From contig JBBTSB010000005.1 of assembly GCA_038064915.1 (NCBI GenBank), forward strand, positions 10,615-74,614: a DNA stretch of 64,000 nucleotides, read 5' to 3'. Below the pieces are notes generated by a model. It searched no databases, had not been told where the DNA came from, and worked only from the letters and a program-made list of their open reading frames with translations. Position numbers and translations under genes: made by a program. The number at the start of each line of letters is the position of its first letter. Position 1 is the stretch's first letter. The DNA comes from Patescibacteria group bacterium (GTDB lineage: Bacteria > Patescibacteriota > Minisyncoccia > 2-02-FULL-40-12 > IGHO2-01-FULL-4-A). Below are positions 26,051-35,521 of this stretch, in pieces.

Positions 26051-26557
26051 TTAGTGTATCAAAAACTTTTTTACTTCGCTTTCGAGATCATGGAATACAT
26101 CCACAGCCTCTTTGAGTTTGCCGGAGGTACTGCGGCCAAAGGACATCGCTTCGACTTTGAGGCCTTTGTTGATTTTGAGGTATTCTACCAACGGAATGAA
26201 ATCGCCGTCGCCACTTACAATCACGGCCACATCAATTTTGTCAGCCAAAATTACGGCATCCATGGCCATTCCGACGTCCCAGTCAGCCTTTTTGGCACCA
26301 CCAGCAAACACCTGGAGGTCTTTGACTTTGATTTCGTAGCCTGACTTTTCGAGGGCTTCAATAAAGGCCGTTTCATCGCCGGCCTCGGTCTTGATGACGT
26401 ACACAAAGGCCCGGATGAGCTTGCGCGTACCCACCGCTTCCTCCAGCACTTTCTTAAAATTTACCTTGGCGTGGTAGAGGTTCTTTGCCGTGTGGTACAT
26501 GTTTTGCGCATCAACAAACACACCGACGCGCTGGTGCTCTGACTCTTGAGTATTCAT
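26051..26557 (-). CDS. NYN domain (LabA/DUF88) protein
   Basis: VFVDAQNMY, KKADWDVGMAMD and VSGDGDFIPLV motifs. Confidence 0.93.
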   Translation of the reverse strand: MNTQESEHQRVGVFVDAQNMYHTAKNLYHAKVNFKKVLEEAVGTRKLIRAFVYVIKTEAGDETAFIEALEKSGYEIKVKDLQVFAGGAKKADWDVGMAMDAVILADKIDVAVIVSGDGDFIPLVEYLKINKGLKVEAMSFGRSTSGKLKEAVDVFHDLESEVKKFLIH

Positions 26558-26613
26558 TTTTTGAGGCTTAGTAATTATGAAAAAGAAAAATTATGAAAAA
26601 TATCTGTTCGAAC

Positions 26614-26880
26614 TTACCCTCGCAAACCCAACGACTTTACGATCTTTCCATGTCGGGTAGGATCCTCACGCTTCAAAAAATCCAGCATACGCTTGCGTTT
26701 GGCAACCATTTTCAAAAGGCCTCGGCGCGAGCTTATGTCTTTGACGTGCTTTTTCAAATGCTTTGCCAGCCGCTCAATTTCCTCGGTGAAGAGAGAAATC
26801 TGCACTTCCGGCGATCCCGTATCGCCCTCATGCGTGGCGGCTTTGGTGATCACTTTAGCTTTTTGTTGAGGCGCTAACAT
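26614..26880 (-). CDS. rpsO: 30S ribosomal protein S15
   Basis: HEGDTGSPEVQI and HLKKHVKD.SSRRGLLKMV motifs. Confidence 0.97.
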   Translation of the reverse strand: MLAPQQKAKVITKAATHEGDTGSPEVQISLFTEEIERLAKHLKKHVKDISSRRGLLKMVAKRKRMLDFLKREDPTRHGKIVKSLGLRG

Positions 26881-26903
26881 GAAGATTATGATATCATAAG
26901 TTC

Positions 26904-27743
26904 GTGGATATTGCAAGACTCAAAACTGAATTCCTAGAGTACTTGGAAATTGAGAAAAACCGTTCTCCCAAGACGATCGAGAATTATGATCACTATATTG
27001 GCCGTATTTTGCAGTTTTTGAATGCGAAAACTCCCGGAGATCTTACCGAAGAGGGGATACGGAAGTTTCGTATCGACCTTAATCGTCAGCCTATAAAAAA
27101 AATCACCCAGAACTACCATATCATCGCCTTGCGATCGTTTTTGAAATATTTGGCGAAGCGCGATATCAAGGCGCTCGCACCGGAAAAACTCGAGCTTTCA
27201 AAACAGGAAGATCGCGAGGTTTCATTTCTGGAGCAGGATGAATTAAACAAAGTTCTGACATCTGCCGAGAACTTGCGCGATCGGGCCATTCTGGAAACAC
27301 TCTTCTCTACCGGTTTGCGCGTTTCTGAATTGATTTCGTTGAAGAGAAATGAGATTGACTTTAATCGTGGCGAGTTCACCGTCCGAGGGAAGGGGAGCAA
27401 GTTGCGTGTCGTTTTTCTTTCGGATTCGGCGATCGAGGCTATCGAGGCATATTTGGAAAAACGCACGGACATTGAGCCGGAACTGTTTCCCCTTACGGTG
27501 CGACAAATTCAGCGCATTGTCCGCAAATATGCTATCAAGGCTGGCATCGTCGGCAAGAAAGTTTCGCCACACTCACTTCGTCACAGCTATGCGACAGACC
27601 TGCTTCGTAACGGCGCGGATATTCGTAGCGTCCAAGCCATGCTCGGCCACGCGTCAGTCACCACTACGCAAATTTACACCCACGTGACGGACAAACAGCT
27701 TCGCGATATCCACAAACGATTTCATGGAAAATCCAAAGAATAG
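26904..27743 (+). CDS. Xer-family tyrosine recombinase
   Basis: RDRAILETLFSTGLRVSEL, SPHSLRHSYAT and LGHASVTTTQIYTH motifs. Confidence 0.93.
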   Translation: MDIARLKTEFLEYLEIEKNRSPKTIENYDHYIGRILQFLNAKTPGDLTEEGIRKFRIDLNRQPIKKITQNYHIIALRSFLKYLAKRDIKALAPEKLELSKQEDREVSFLEQDELNKVLTSAENLRDRAILETLFSTGLRVSELISLKRNEIDFNRGEFTVRGKGSKLRVVFLSDSAIEAIEAYLEKRTDIEPELFPLTVRQIQRIVRKYAIKAGIVGKKVSPHSLRHSYATDLLRNGADIRSVQAMLGHASVTTTQIYTHVTDKQLRDIHKRFHGKSKE

Positions 27744-27758
27744 TGATATGCTGATGTG

Positions 27759-28883
27759 ATGGATATCACACAACAAGAACCAGTACAACAAGAACCAGTA
27801 GCGGCACCGGTTACCTCTTCGCATAAGAAACTCATCGGCATCATCGTTGCCGTTCTTTTACTAGGCGGTATTGGCGCCTATGCGTATACCTCGGGGTGGA
27901 CCAGTTTTAAAGAAGCAGAAGTTGTCGATGTGATTGAGAGCATGGTTGAGGTGGAGTCCGCTCGCTACGAGATGTCGTTTCAGGCGAGTATCCAATCTTC
28001 GCCTCAACCTTCACCTATTGTAGTGAAGGGAACGTTTAAGGGAATTCTCAATACCAAAGATCTGGAGAATATACAGTCCTCGGTTGATGGTGATATTTCG
28101 ATAACCGGCGTTGAGTACGTTTCAACAGAACCTATTCAAATCGGTTTTGAGCTTCGTACCATAGGAAAAACTTCCTACGCAAAGCTCAAAAGCATCTCCG
28201 GACTCACCGGACTCGGACTTCAAATCAGCCAGAGCAAGTGGATTCGCATCAACGAAACGGATCTTCAAGAGCTCTATAACCTCGGTGGAGCAGACATCTC
28301 TACACCAGAAGTCAACGCGGAAGCTTTAGAGCGTATCCAGGACACGTATGGACCGCAGTTCAGCGCTTTGGCCAAAAAACACGACCTCATATCGATTCTT
28401 TCCGTTAAAAATTCCGAACGAATTGACGGAGAGGGTACACGCACCACGTCGTTTCGTTTGCAGGAAGACGCCACCATAGCATTTTCCAAGGAAGCCCTTC
28501 CCCTATACTTCGCGCTGATCAAGGATGTCATCAAAACCATGCCGCAGTACAAGGATATGATGGAAGATGAGGCATTCACGATAAGCGACGAAGACTATCG
28601 GGCGATAGAAGAAGGTCTGCGTGAGTTTTTCAAAAGCACCGATACGACATTTTCAGCAACTATCGGAAAGCGAACCGCGCATCTCTACAGCCTGATCATG
28701 GACATGAAAATCCATGATGAAATGTCCGGAGGAGAGGGGACAGTTACAGCAACTATGATGCTTCGCGACTTCGACAAAGATCTTTCCGTGGAAGTTCCCA
28801 CCGATGTCATTCCATTGCGGGAGTTTATGGAGAGCCTCATGGGAGGGGAGCCAGGTGGACAAGATTTTCCCGTGACAAGATAA
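27759..28883 (+). CDS. Hypothetical membrane-anchored protein
   Basis: N-terminal TM and a beta-rich (LolA/LppX-like looking) domain; TATGCT-N6-ATG. Confidence 0.78.
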   Translation: MDITQQEPVQQEPVAAPVTSSHKKLIGIIVAVLLLGGIGAYAYTSGWTSFKEAEVVDVIESMVEVESARYEMSFQASIQSSPQPSPIVVKGTFKGILNTKDLENIQSSVDGDISITGVEYVSTEPIQIGFELRTIGKTSYAKLKSISGLTGLGLQISQSKWIRINETDLQELYNLGGADISTPEVNAEALERIQDTYGPQFSALAKKHDLISILSVKNSERIDGEGTRTTSFRLQEDATIAFSKEALPLYFALIKDVIKTMPQYKDMMEDEAFTISDEDYRAIEEGLREFFKSTDTTFSATIGKRTAHLYSLIMDMKIHDEMSGGEGTVTATMMLRDFDKDLSVEVPTDVIPLREFMESLMGGEPGGQDFPVTR

Positions 28884-28909
28884 CATAGTAACTTATCATT
28901 TTTTTTATC

Positions 28910-31900
28910 ATGAAGCACTCATCACATGTTCTCGTAGTTCTCGTAGGGGTAGCGATACTAGTTGGTGGTACGTTGTTACGCGATGGAGGAGGGGATGTTC
29001 AAAACCAAAGTCCGGACGATCTTACCGCAAATATTAGTGAGGCAGTGGATTTGGAAACTTATGATCCTCAGAAACAGACTCTCTCTAGCATGGGCGCCGA
29101 GTCTATGAGTGATGGACCAAAACTTGCCAGCGATCAGATTTTAATGAAGATTAAGAACTCTTCTGCCCAAACCAGCGCTCAAGCAACTACAATTTTTAAA
29201 AGGTACGGCAAGGTGAAAACCGTACAGGAACATAAACTCAGAAAGACTAAGGGGGGAAGCGAGGAAGCTCTATTTGCCGCTGAATATCAGGTTGACAGAA
29301 AAACGTTGCCAGGTCTTTTACAGAAACTGAAAAAGGATTCTCGGGTAGAATACGCGCAGTTCAATTTTATCTATGAGCCCGACCTGATCCCCAACGACGC
29401 AAAATATACGAGCCAATGGGCTCACACCAAGACGAATGCTCCTGCCGGATGGGATCAATCGACGGGAAACGGTAGTGTAGTCATTGCTGTCATCGGAACG
29501 GGAGCAAAATTTGACCACGAGGATCTTGCCGCAAATATCTGGACCAACATTCTCGAGATTCCTTCGAATGGTATTGACGATGATGCGAATGGATTTGTTG
29601 ATGATATTCGCGGGTGGAATTTTGGAAGCAACAACAACAATGTGTCCGATACCGATGGACATGAAACGTCGGTAGCCGGAAGTGCCGCTGCGACGGGAAA
29701 CAACGTACTGGGAGTTGCTGGTGTGTGTTGGTCCTGCAAAATTATGCCCATTAAAGTGACATATACCTCTGCCAACGTATCTAAGGCAATTTACTATGCC
29801 GCCAACAATGGGGCGAAAGTGATTAACATGAGTTTTGGAAGTTACACCGTTGGTACATTTGGTCCGGATTCGGTAGTACGGACGGCAGTTGACTATGCTG
29901 TATCCAAGGGAGTGCTGGTGATTGCAACTGCGGGCAATGATTCCATAGAAACCAAGCGCTATCCCGGGGCGCTAGAAAATGTAATCGGTGTTGCCTCAAC
30001 GGACTCTTCAAATGGAAGATCAGGTTTTTCCAACTATGGAAGTTGGGTTGATATCGCTGCCCCAGGGTCAGGCGTTCTTTCTACCAAGACTACCGGCTAT
30101 GGATCCGTAAGTGGTACCTCGTTTTCCGCACCGTACATTGCAGGTTTAGCAGGGCTCTTGTTTTCTAAATATCCCGCTTTGTCAGTAGAAGATGCGCGTA
30201 ATGCCATAGAGTTTAATGCCAAAAAAATTGTTACCGATCAGTACATCGGTTCAGGGCTGGTGGACGTGGGTAAGAGCCTTGCTAATCCATACCCGACGCT
30301 TTTTGCAACGATAACGAGTCCTACCAATAATTCTATGATTTTCTCGACCGCGCCATTTCCCATAATCGGTACGGCAATCGGATCAAGCTACAAGCTGGAA
30401 TATCAAGCAGAAGGATCGAGTACATGGGTGCAATTTGGTAGCGGACCTCAAGTGATCAAGGGGGTGCTCGGTAAACTTGCCCTGAGCGATTTACCTACCT
30501 CCGTCTATGACTATAGAATACGCCTTACTGCCATCAACGGATCATTGGAGACGACGGATACCATTCTCGTATCTCGTCCGGGACCATACTTGTCCGGTTG
30601 GCCCAAGACTTCAGCTACGTCTCCCATCCTTGGAGCGCCAAAAATAGTAGATATCGATGGCAATGGAGATATGGAGCTCATCTATGGAGACAATCTTGGG
30701 TACGTGCGCATTCTCAATCACGATGGCCTTCCGCTCACCGGTTGGCCCCAAAAAGCAGCAGGAAACTATATTTTTGGAACACCGGCCGTGGGTGATGTTG
30801 ATGGTGATGGAGACAGGGAAGTAGTAGTGGCAACCTACAACGGAAGTGGAGTAGGGTATGTCACGATCTGGCATCACAATGGATCAAGACTCAATACTTC
30901 GTCACTTTCCGTTGGGCAGGTTCGTGGAGCAGTAGCTTTGGAGAACATGGATGATGACCAAGCTTTAGAGTTGGTTGTTGTAGGTGGTCGTTACCTAGAG
31001 GTACGCAATGCCGACTTCACAACCGTTCCCGGATGGCCCGCACTTTCCAAAGAGACGAACAACCAAACCCCATCAGCAACAGGTGATCTTAATGGCGATG
31101 GAAAAAAAGAAGTGGTTGCCTGTGGTTACCAGTATTGCACTGTCTACGACAACACCGGCAAGGTGATGGTTGACTGGCAGAAAGCCTCGTCCAATGTTCC
31201 TCCAACGTTGGCTGATGTCAACAATGACGGTACCGTTGATATTATTTATAGCGATAACAGTAAGCTGATCGTTAAGGACTATACTGGAAGTACTTTGTTC
31301 AGTACGACCATAGGCGTTGCAAGCGGCTACAACTTCTTGACAGTTGCAGATATCGATAACGACAACGTACCGGAGGTATTCCTTGCCACCCATACTGCTC
31401 CATACAAAATCTACGCTTGGCGTGTGAATGGGACATCACTGGCTGGTTGGCCCAAGAATTTGAGCTCAAGCGGGAGTGAGGTTTCTGTTGGAGATATCAA
31501 CGGTGATGGCAAACAAGATGTCCTTGTTGCTACGGAGGCCGATGGTAAGGTACACGCGTGGTCCTACGATGGTTCAGCTCTCGCAGGATTTCCTCTTAGT
31601 ACCGGTGGATTGATATGGCGCATACCAGCTATTGGAGATCTCAATGGAGATGGCAAAGTAGATATCGCAGTAGGTGATAGTCGTGGTACCATCCACGTGT
31701 GGTCGCAAGGATTTCCTTATCGCACTACCTCTATGCTGTGGCCTTCCGAGCGTATGAATGACAGCAACAACGCATATATTGTGGCAAAGACTATTCCCAG
31801 TCCGACTCCCACGCCAACTCCCACGCCGACTCCCACCACAACTCCAACTACTACTGCTACACCAACACCGACAGCAACACCCACGTCTACTCCTACCCCA

Positions 31901-32446
31901 ACGCCTACTTCTACACCGACAGCTACTCCAACTCCTACGGCAACACCTACAACTACGGTGACGTTGTCAGTAACCAAATCTGGTATTGGCAAGGGTAAGG
32001 TAACGAGTGCTCCTACAGGCATCGACTGCGGCAGCGTCTGTAGTGCAAACTTTGTCAAAGGCAATCTCGTGACACTCACCGCAACCCCGGAAGTGGGCTC
32101 ATATTTCTCAGCTTGGAGTGGTGCATGCACCGGAATTTCAAAGACCTGTACGGTCACTATGGACGTAGCAAAGACTGTCAATGCGCAGTTTAATCTCCCA
32201 AATCAACTGTTGACGGTAACAAAAAATGGCACCGGGACTGGCACCGTCGTCAGCAATGTGGCGCCAGTTAACTGCGGCACCACCTGTTCAGGATATTACA
32301 CCTTTGGTCGTGCCATAACTCTGACCGCCACACCGGCGGTGGGATCAATATTTACCGGCTGGAGTGGCTCTTGTACCGGTACCTCGACGTGCTCACTCCT
32401 GATGACTGAAGCAAAGAACGTCACAGCAACATTCTCGATACAATGA
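28910..32446 (+). CDS. Secreted S8 subtilisin-like protein with FG-GAP repeats, PT linker and two InlB-B-repeat-like domains
   Basis: GIDDDANGFVDDIRGWNF, GHET, AGND and SGTSFSAP; multiple GDxNGDG repeats; VTLTATP..GS.F..WSG.C twice. Confidence 0.9.
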   Translation: MKHSSHVLVVLVGVAILVGGTLLRDGGGDVQNQSPDDLTANISEAVDLETYDPQKQTLSSMGAESMSDGPKLASDQILMKIKNSSAQTSAQATTIFKRYGKVKTVQEHKLRKTKGGSEEALFAAEYQVDRKTLPGLLQKLKKDSRVEYAQFNFIYEPDLIPNDAKYTSQWAHTKTNAPAGWDQSTGNGSVVIAVIGTGAKFDHEDLAANIWTNILEIPSNGIDDDANGFVDDIRGWNFGSNNNNVSDTDGHETSVAGSAAATGNNVLGVAGVCWSCKIMPIKVTYTSANVSKAIYYAANNGAKVINMSFGSYTVGTFGPDSVVRTAVDYAVSKGVLVIATAGNDSIETKRYPGALENVIGVASTDSSNGRSGFSNYGSWVDIAAPGSGVLSTKTTGYGSVSGTSFSAPYIAGLAGLLFSKYPALSVEDARNAIEFNAKKIVTDQYIGSGLVDVGKSLANPYPTLFATITSPTNNSMIFSTAPFPIIGTAIGSSYKLEYQAEGSSTWVQFGSGPQVIKGVLGKLALSDLPTSVYDYRIRLTAINGSLETTDTILVSRPGPYLSGWPKTSATSPILGAPKIVDIDGNGDMELIYGDNLGYVRILNHDGLPLTGWPQKAAGNYIFGTPAVGDVDGDGDREVVVATYNGSGVGYVTIWHHNGSRLNTSSLSVGQVRGAVALENMDDDQALELVVVGGRYLEVRNADFTTVPGWPALSKETNNQTPSATGDLNGDGKKEVVACGYQYCTVYDNTGKVMVDWQKASSNVPPTLADVNNDGTVDIIYSDNSKLIVKDYTGSTLFSTTIGVASGYNFLTVADIDNDNVPEVFLATHTAPYKIYAWRVNGTSLAGWPKNLSSSGSEVSVGDINGDGKQDVLVATEADGKVHAWSYDGSALAGFPLSTGGLIWRIPAIGDLNGDGKVDIAVGDSRGTIHVWSQGFPYRTTSMLWPSERMNDSNNAYIVAKTIPSPTPTPTPTPTPTTTPTTTATPTPTATPTSTPTPTPTSTPTATPTPTATPTTTVTLSVTKSGIGKGKVTSAPTGIDCGSVCSANFVKGNLVTLTATPEVGSYFSAWSGACTGISKTCTVTMDVAKTVNAQFNLPNQLLTVTKNGTGTGTVVSNVAPVNCGTTCSGYYTFGRAITLTATPAVGSIFTGWSGSCTGTSTCSLLMTEAKNVTATFSIQ
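31797..31956 (+). repeat. Pro/Thr low-complexity linker
   Basis: PSPTPTPTPTPTPTTTPTTTATPT... encoded with varied codons. Confidence 0.9.
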
Positions 32447-32470
32447 TATTAATGTAATAATAATATACCT

Positions 32471-33151
32471 ATGAAAAAATATCTTGCCGGAGGACTTGTA
32501 GGGGTCGGACTTGCGCTCTTTATGTTTCTTGTTTTTGACGAATCGGGAGGTTTCACCGTAGATCGAAATCGTTCTGAAGCTGGAAATTTAAGTGGATCGC
32601 ACTACAATCTGAATATTATTGGTGTACCGAATGGCAAAAGTGTATCAGGCACGGGTTCCAGCGGACATCGCATTTTTGTGCCTCTGGTTGGTTCCTGTAG
32701 GATAAATCTTGCACAGGGAGATTTCAAAGTATTGGATTTCAATTGTACTGATGGGAGTTCGCAGTTCCAACTGCCCAATCCTGATCCGGACAACGATGGC
32801 CTAACGGTATATTCCGTTTGGGCTCGTGCACTCGGCAAACCAGGGGGAAGCTCGACGACCACGACGTGTGCAAAAGATCCTGTTGACGGCGCAGACTACT
32901 GTTCGGTGTATTCCATGGTACAGGTTCGCAAGAAAGGCCAAAGTTCATTCAGCAACGTAAGTAAACAACTTCTCTACGTATACGCGGATATCGATGCCGA
33001 TGGCGTACTTGACCGTATGCCGCTCTTTGATGATCGGCTCCAGGATTACTACTGGTCATATGACAACAATGGCATGAGGCTCATGCAATTGCGATTCTAT
33101 CCAATTGGCACCAACGTTGAAGCTGGGGCTACGATACAGCCGATACGATAA
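32471..33151 (+). CDS. Secreted hypothetical protein
   Basis: Signal/TM segment, GSHYNLNIIGV, paired Cys and EF-hand-like DPDNDG and DIDADG. Confidence 0.8.
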   Translation: MKKYLAGGLVGVGLALFMFLVFDESGGFTVDRNRSEAGNLSGSHYNLNIIGVPNGKSVSGTGSSGHRIFVPLVGSCRINLAQGDFKVLDFNCTDGSSQFQLPNPDPDNDGLTVYSVWARALGKPGGSSTTTTCAKDPVDGADYCSVYSMVQVRKKGQSSFSNVSKQLLYVYADIDADGVLDRMPLFDDRLQDYYWSYDNNGMRLMQLRFYPIGTNVEAGATIQPIR

Positions 33152-33152
33152 C

Positions 33153-33512
33153 CTAGGACTTGAGAATTTTTATGCCTCCGATCAATGGAGATGGTTTCAT
33201 CGTGCCTTGAGCGGCGCTGATGATACCCATGATCATAATGACGAAGCAGAATATGTAGAGGAGGAAGCCGATGAAAACAAAGGTCAGGAATCCGGAAATG
33301 ACCCATGCAATCAGCTGAACAAGCTGCTGGTTTGCGTGAAACATGGCAAACGGGCTTTTCTTGCCGTCATCCGAGAGAAGCGGGATGAAAAACAAGATGG
33401 GAATGATATACCCGAGGATGGCAAACGCTTTATGCTTGTTTGCGTCGTCATTCATACTGCTCTGTGGCGCCTGCTGACCCATAGACTGCTGCTGGTTCAT
33501 GTTATTGTCCAT
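33153..33512 (-). CDS. Small membrane protein (DUF4870/Tic20-like)
   Basis: AILGYI.PILFFIPL...FAMFHANQ...GIISAAQG.MKP.PLIG. Confidence 0.85.
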   Translation of the reverse strand: MDNNMNQQQSMGQQAPQSSMNDDANKHKAFAILGYIIPILFFIPLLSDDGKKSPFAMFHANQQLVQLIAWVISGFLTFVFIGFLLYIFCFVIMIMGIISAAQGTMKPSPLIGGIKILKS

Positions 33513-33546
33513 AGAAAATAATTAACTATTATCACCATGGTAGCAA

Positions 33547-33579
33547 CAACAAAACCGCCTTGCAAGGCGGTTTTGTTGT
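33547..33579. terminator. Bidirectional intrinsic terminator downstream of tmRNA
   Basis: CAACAAAACCGCCTTGCAAGGCGGTTTTGTTG perfect inverted repeat. Confidence 0.85.
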
Positions 33580-33585
33580 AAGCAG

Positions 33586-33957
33586 TGGACCAGGGGGTAT
33601 TGAAACCCCGTCTGGAAATATGTTTAACCGAGTACTACACGCGTAGCCCATCTTCTGTACAGATGATACTCAAAGTCGGGCGAAACGTATCATCCGTGTA
33701 CTGATTGATACAATGCATATCCAGCAGGACAACTAGAGATACAAGGCTACTCGCTTTTGACGCCCACTCCTCCTAGCGAGTATCAGGGGGTGAACGACAG
33801 CTTAACCGAAGTTAGGCTGTAGCGTATCCATAGCCGGAGCTATAGGCAGCTGAATAGGTGTTTTTAGCACTTATAGGTTTGCGAATAGTTTCACGAGGTG
33901 TTCGCAAGCTCGGCGTGCACTTGGTGTAAAGGTACTTCCATCAAAACTCGCAGGCCC
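33586..33957 (-). ncRNA. ssrA: tmRNA
   Basis: 5' GGGCCTG and 3' CTGGTCCA with G3.U70; resume context ATAAGT-GCT; tag 33868-33812 = AKNTYSAAYSSGYGYATA*; smpB nearby. Confidence 0.9.
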
Positions 33958-34048
33958 ATATGAAAATACTAACGCATTTCGTAAAAAAGTGTTACAACCC
34001 GCAGGGCCGACGCGTCGCCTTTCGGCAACGATCGACCCCACGGGGGAG

Positions 34049-34642
34049 CTACTGGATGCGGTGCGGCGCGGGAACGCTCCCTAGCAGGAGCCGGCGGAGG
34101 TCGAAGAACTCGCAGATGAAGTTCTTCGCGAGCTCATCGAACCGTCGCGCCTTGTCCTCGGGGACGCTGGCGATCTGACCGATCGTCAGGACCTCGAGCC
34201 CGTTGACTCCGAGGCCGCAGAGGGCGATGAGGGCCTTGACGAGCTCGATGTGCGTGTCGGTGAAGGAAGTCTCCGAGGACCTCTTGGGAGGCTCGAAGAG
34301 CTCCATCATCCTCGCCTCGCCGACCTTGCTGAGGACCGGGACGCGGTAGTGGGTGCCGCCGGCCTTGCCCCAGGCGATCCGGAGAAGCCCGCGCTCGCGG
34401 AGCATGTTCCAGTTCGCCGTGAGGTGCGCCTTCCCGCCGACGTCGGCGACGGCGCGACGGAGCCGATGGAGGCCGATCCCGATCGCACCCCTCCGGTTCA
34501 CCCACAGCTTGTTGTCGTCGATGAACCGGTTGACGTTCACGACGAGCTTCGCGAAGTCCTCGAGTTTCGTGGTGACCCGGGGGAGCTCGCTTACCAGTGC
34601 GAGATCCAGCCCAGGCATCATGCCGTCGCTTCGCATACTCAT
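34049..34642 (-). CDS. GC-rich orphan protein (197 aa)
   Basis: Almost all codons end in G/C; AAGGAGG at 34652-34658; own promoter; GC-rich hairpin after the stop. Confidence 0.8.
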   Translation of the reverse strand: MSMRSDGMMPGLDLALVSELPRVTTKLEDFAKLVVNVNRFIDDNKLWVNRRGAIGIGLHRLRRAVADVGGKAHLTANWNMLRERGLLRIAWGKAGGTHYRVPVLSKVGEARMMELFEPPKRSSETSFTDTHIELVKALIALCGLGVNGLEVLTIGQIASVPEDKARRFDELAKNFICEFFDLRRLLLGSVPAPHRIQ

Positions 34643-34708
34643 ACCTTCATTCCTCCTTGTTGGTCTGTGTACGAAAAGCCGCGGGGGATCCGCGACTATC
34701 GTGAATGA

Positions 34709-34737
34709 ATCATAGCACTATAGTATAAAATAGTCAA
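34709..34737 (-). promoter_or_regulatory. sigma70-type promoter with extended -10
   Basis: TTGACT-N17-TATGAT preceded by TGC; the -35 overlaps the smpB stop. Confidence 0.75.
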
Positions 34738-35171
34738 GTTTTTAGTTCCCTTGCGATTGTGCGTTTTGCTTCGCGTTTTTTGATGGTTTCGCGTTTGTCG
34801 TATTTCTTTTTGCCTCGCGCGATGCCGAGTTCGAGCTTGAGGAGGCCGTGGTGGTCAAAGATTTTGAGGGGAACGAGGGTAAGACCGCGTTCATCGGCTT
34901 TGCCGATGAGGTATTTGAGTTCTGATTTTTTTAAAAGTAGCTTGCGTGTGCGCTGATCGTCGTAGTCTTTTGGCATATTCCCCGGCTGGTAGGGGGCGAT
35001 GGTGGCGCCCACAAGATATGCCTCACCCCCGAGGATTTTTACGTACGATCCCTTGATAGAAATCTTGCCGGTGCGGATAGATTTTACTTCAGGGCCATGC
35101 AAAACGAGACCAGCGGTAAGGGTTTCCAAAATTTCATAATCGAACCTAGCTTGTTGATTTTCGATTTGCAT
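34734..35171 (-). CDS. smpB: SsrA-binding protein
   Basis: NQQARFDYEI..AGLVL.GPEVKSIR, RTRKLLL and GKKKYDKRETIKKRE motifs. Confidence 0.97.
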   Translation of the reverse strand: MQIENQQARFDYEILETLTAGLVLHGPEVKSIRTGKISIKGSYVKILGGEAYLVGATIAPYQPGNMPKDYDDQRTRKLLLKKSELKYLIGKADERGLTLVPLKIFDHHGLLKLELGIARGKKKYDKRETIKKREAKRTIARELKT

Positions 35172-35436
35172 TTTCGTTTTTTTGATGAGTATACTCCAAA
35201 AGTCGCAGCCCAAGAAATCTTCTTCCTTGAGTAGTTTTTAGATAATGTTCTCTTCGTCTAGCATCCTGTTCGTTTGTACAACCCTCGAAGTATATCAAAT
35301 TAAACGGCAAGCGGAACTTAGTCGAAAAGGTACGACCCTTCTTATGTTGTTCGATTCTTTGACGGAGATTGCTCGTATACCCAGTATACCTATCTCCATC
35401 TTTCAAACTTTCAAGAACATAAATATAGAAAAACAT
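35146..35436 (-). CDS. GIY-YIG nuclease family protein
   Basis: YIYVLES..DG.RYTGYTSNLRQRIEQH, LIYFE and ARRREHYLKT..GRR motifs. Confidence 0.92.
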   Translation of the reverse strand: MFFYIYVLESLKDGDRYTGYTSNLRQRIEQHKKGRTFSTKFRLPFNLIYFEGCTNEQDARRREHYLKTTQGRRFLGLRLLEYTHQKNENANRKSTS

Positions 35437-35452
35437 CGAGCTTTGTCATTAT

Positions 35453-35521
35453 CCCAGTATATCAACTTCCCGTAGCTTCGCTATTTGCGGCAAAGCCGCA
35501 ACGGGAAGTTGTATTACTGGG
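35453..35521. repeat. Nested palindromic element upstream of GIY-YIG
   Basis: CCCAGTA..CAACTTCCCGT / ACGGGAAGTTG..TACTGGG with inner TTGCGGC-AAA-GCCGCAA. Confidence 0.7.

Noticed and set aside
26904-27743. Prophage or ICE integrase
   Set aside because: Size and motifs fit a housekeeping Xer recombinase next to rpsO; no att repeats or phage genes were seen
27771-27800. 15-bp duplication (QQEPV x2)
   Set aside because: A single in-frame slippage event in a disordered N-terminus
31797-31956. DNA tandem repeat or VNTR
   Set aside because: Codons vary freely; it is an ordinary Pro/Thr protein linker
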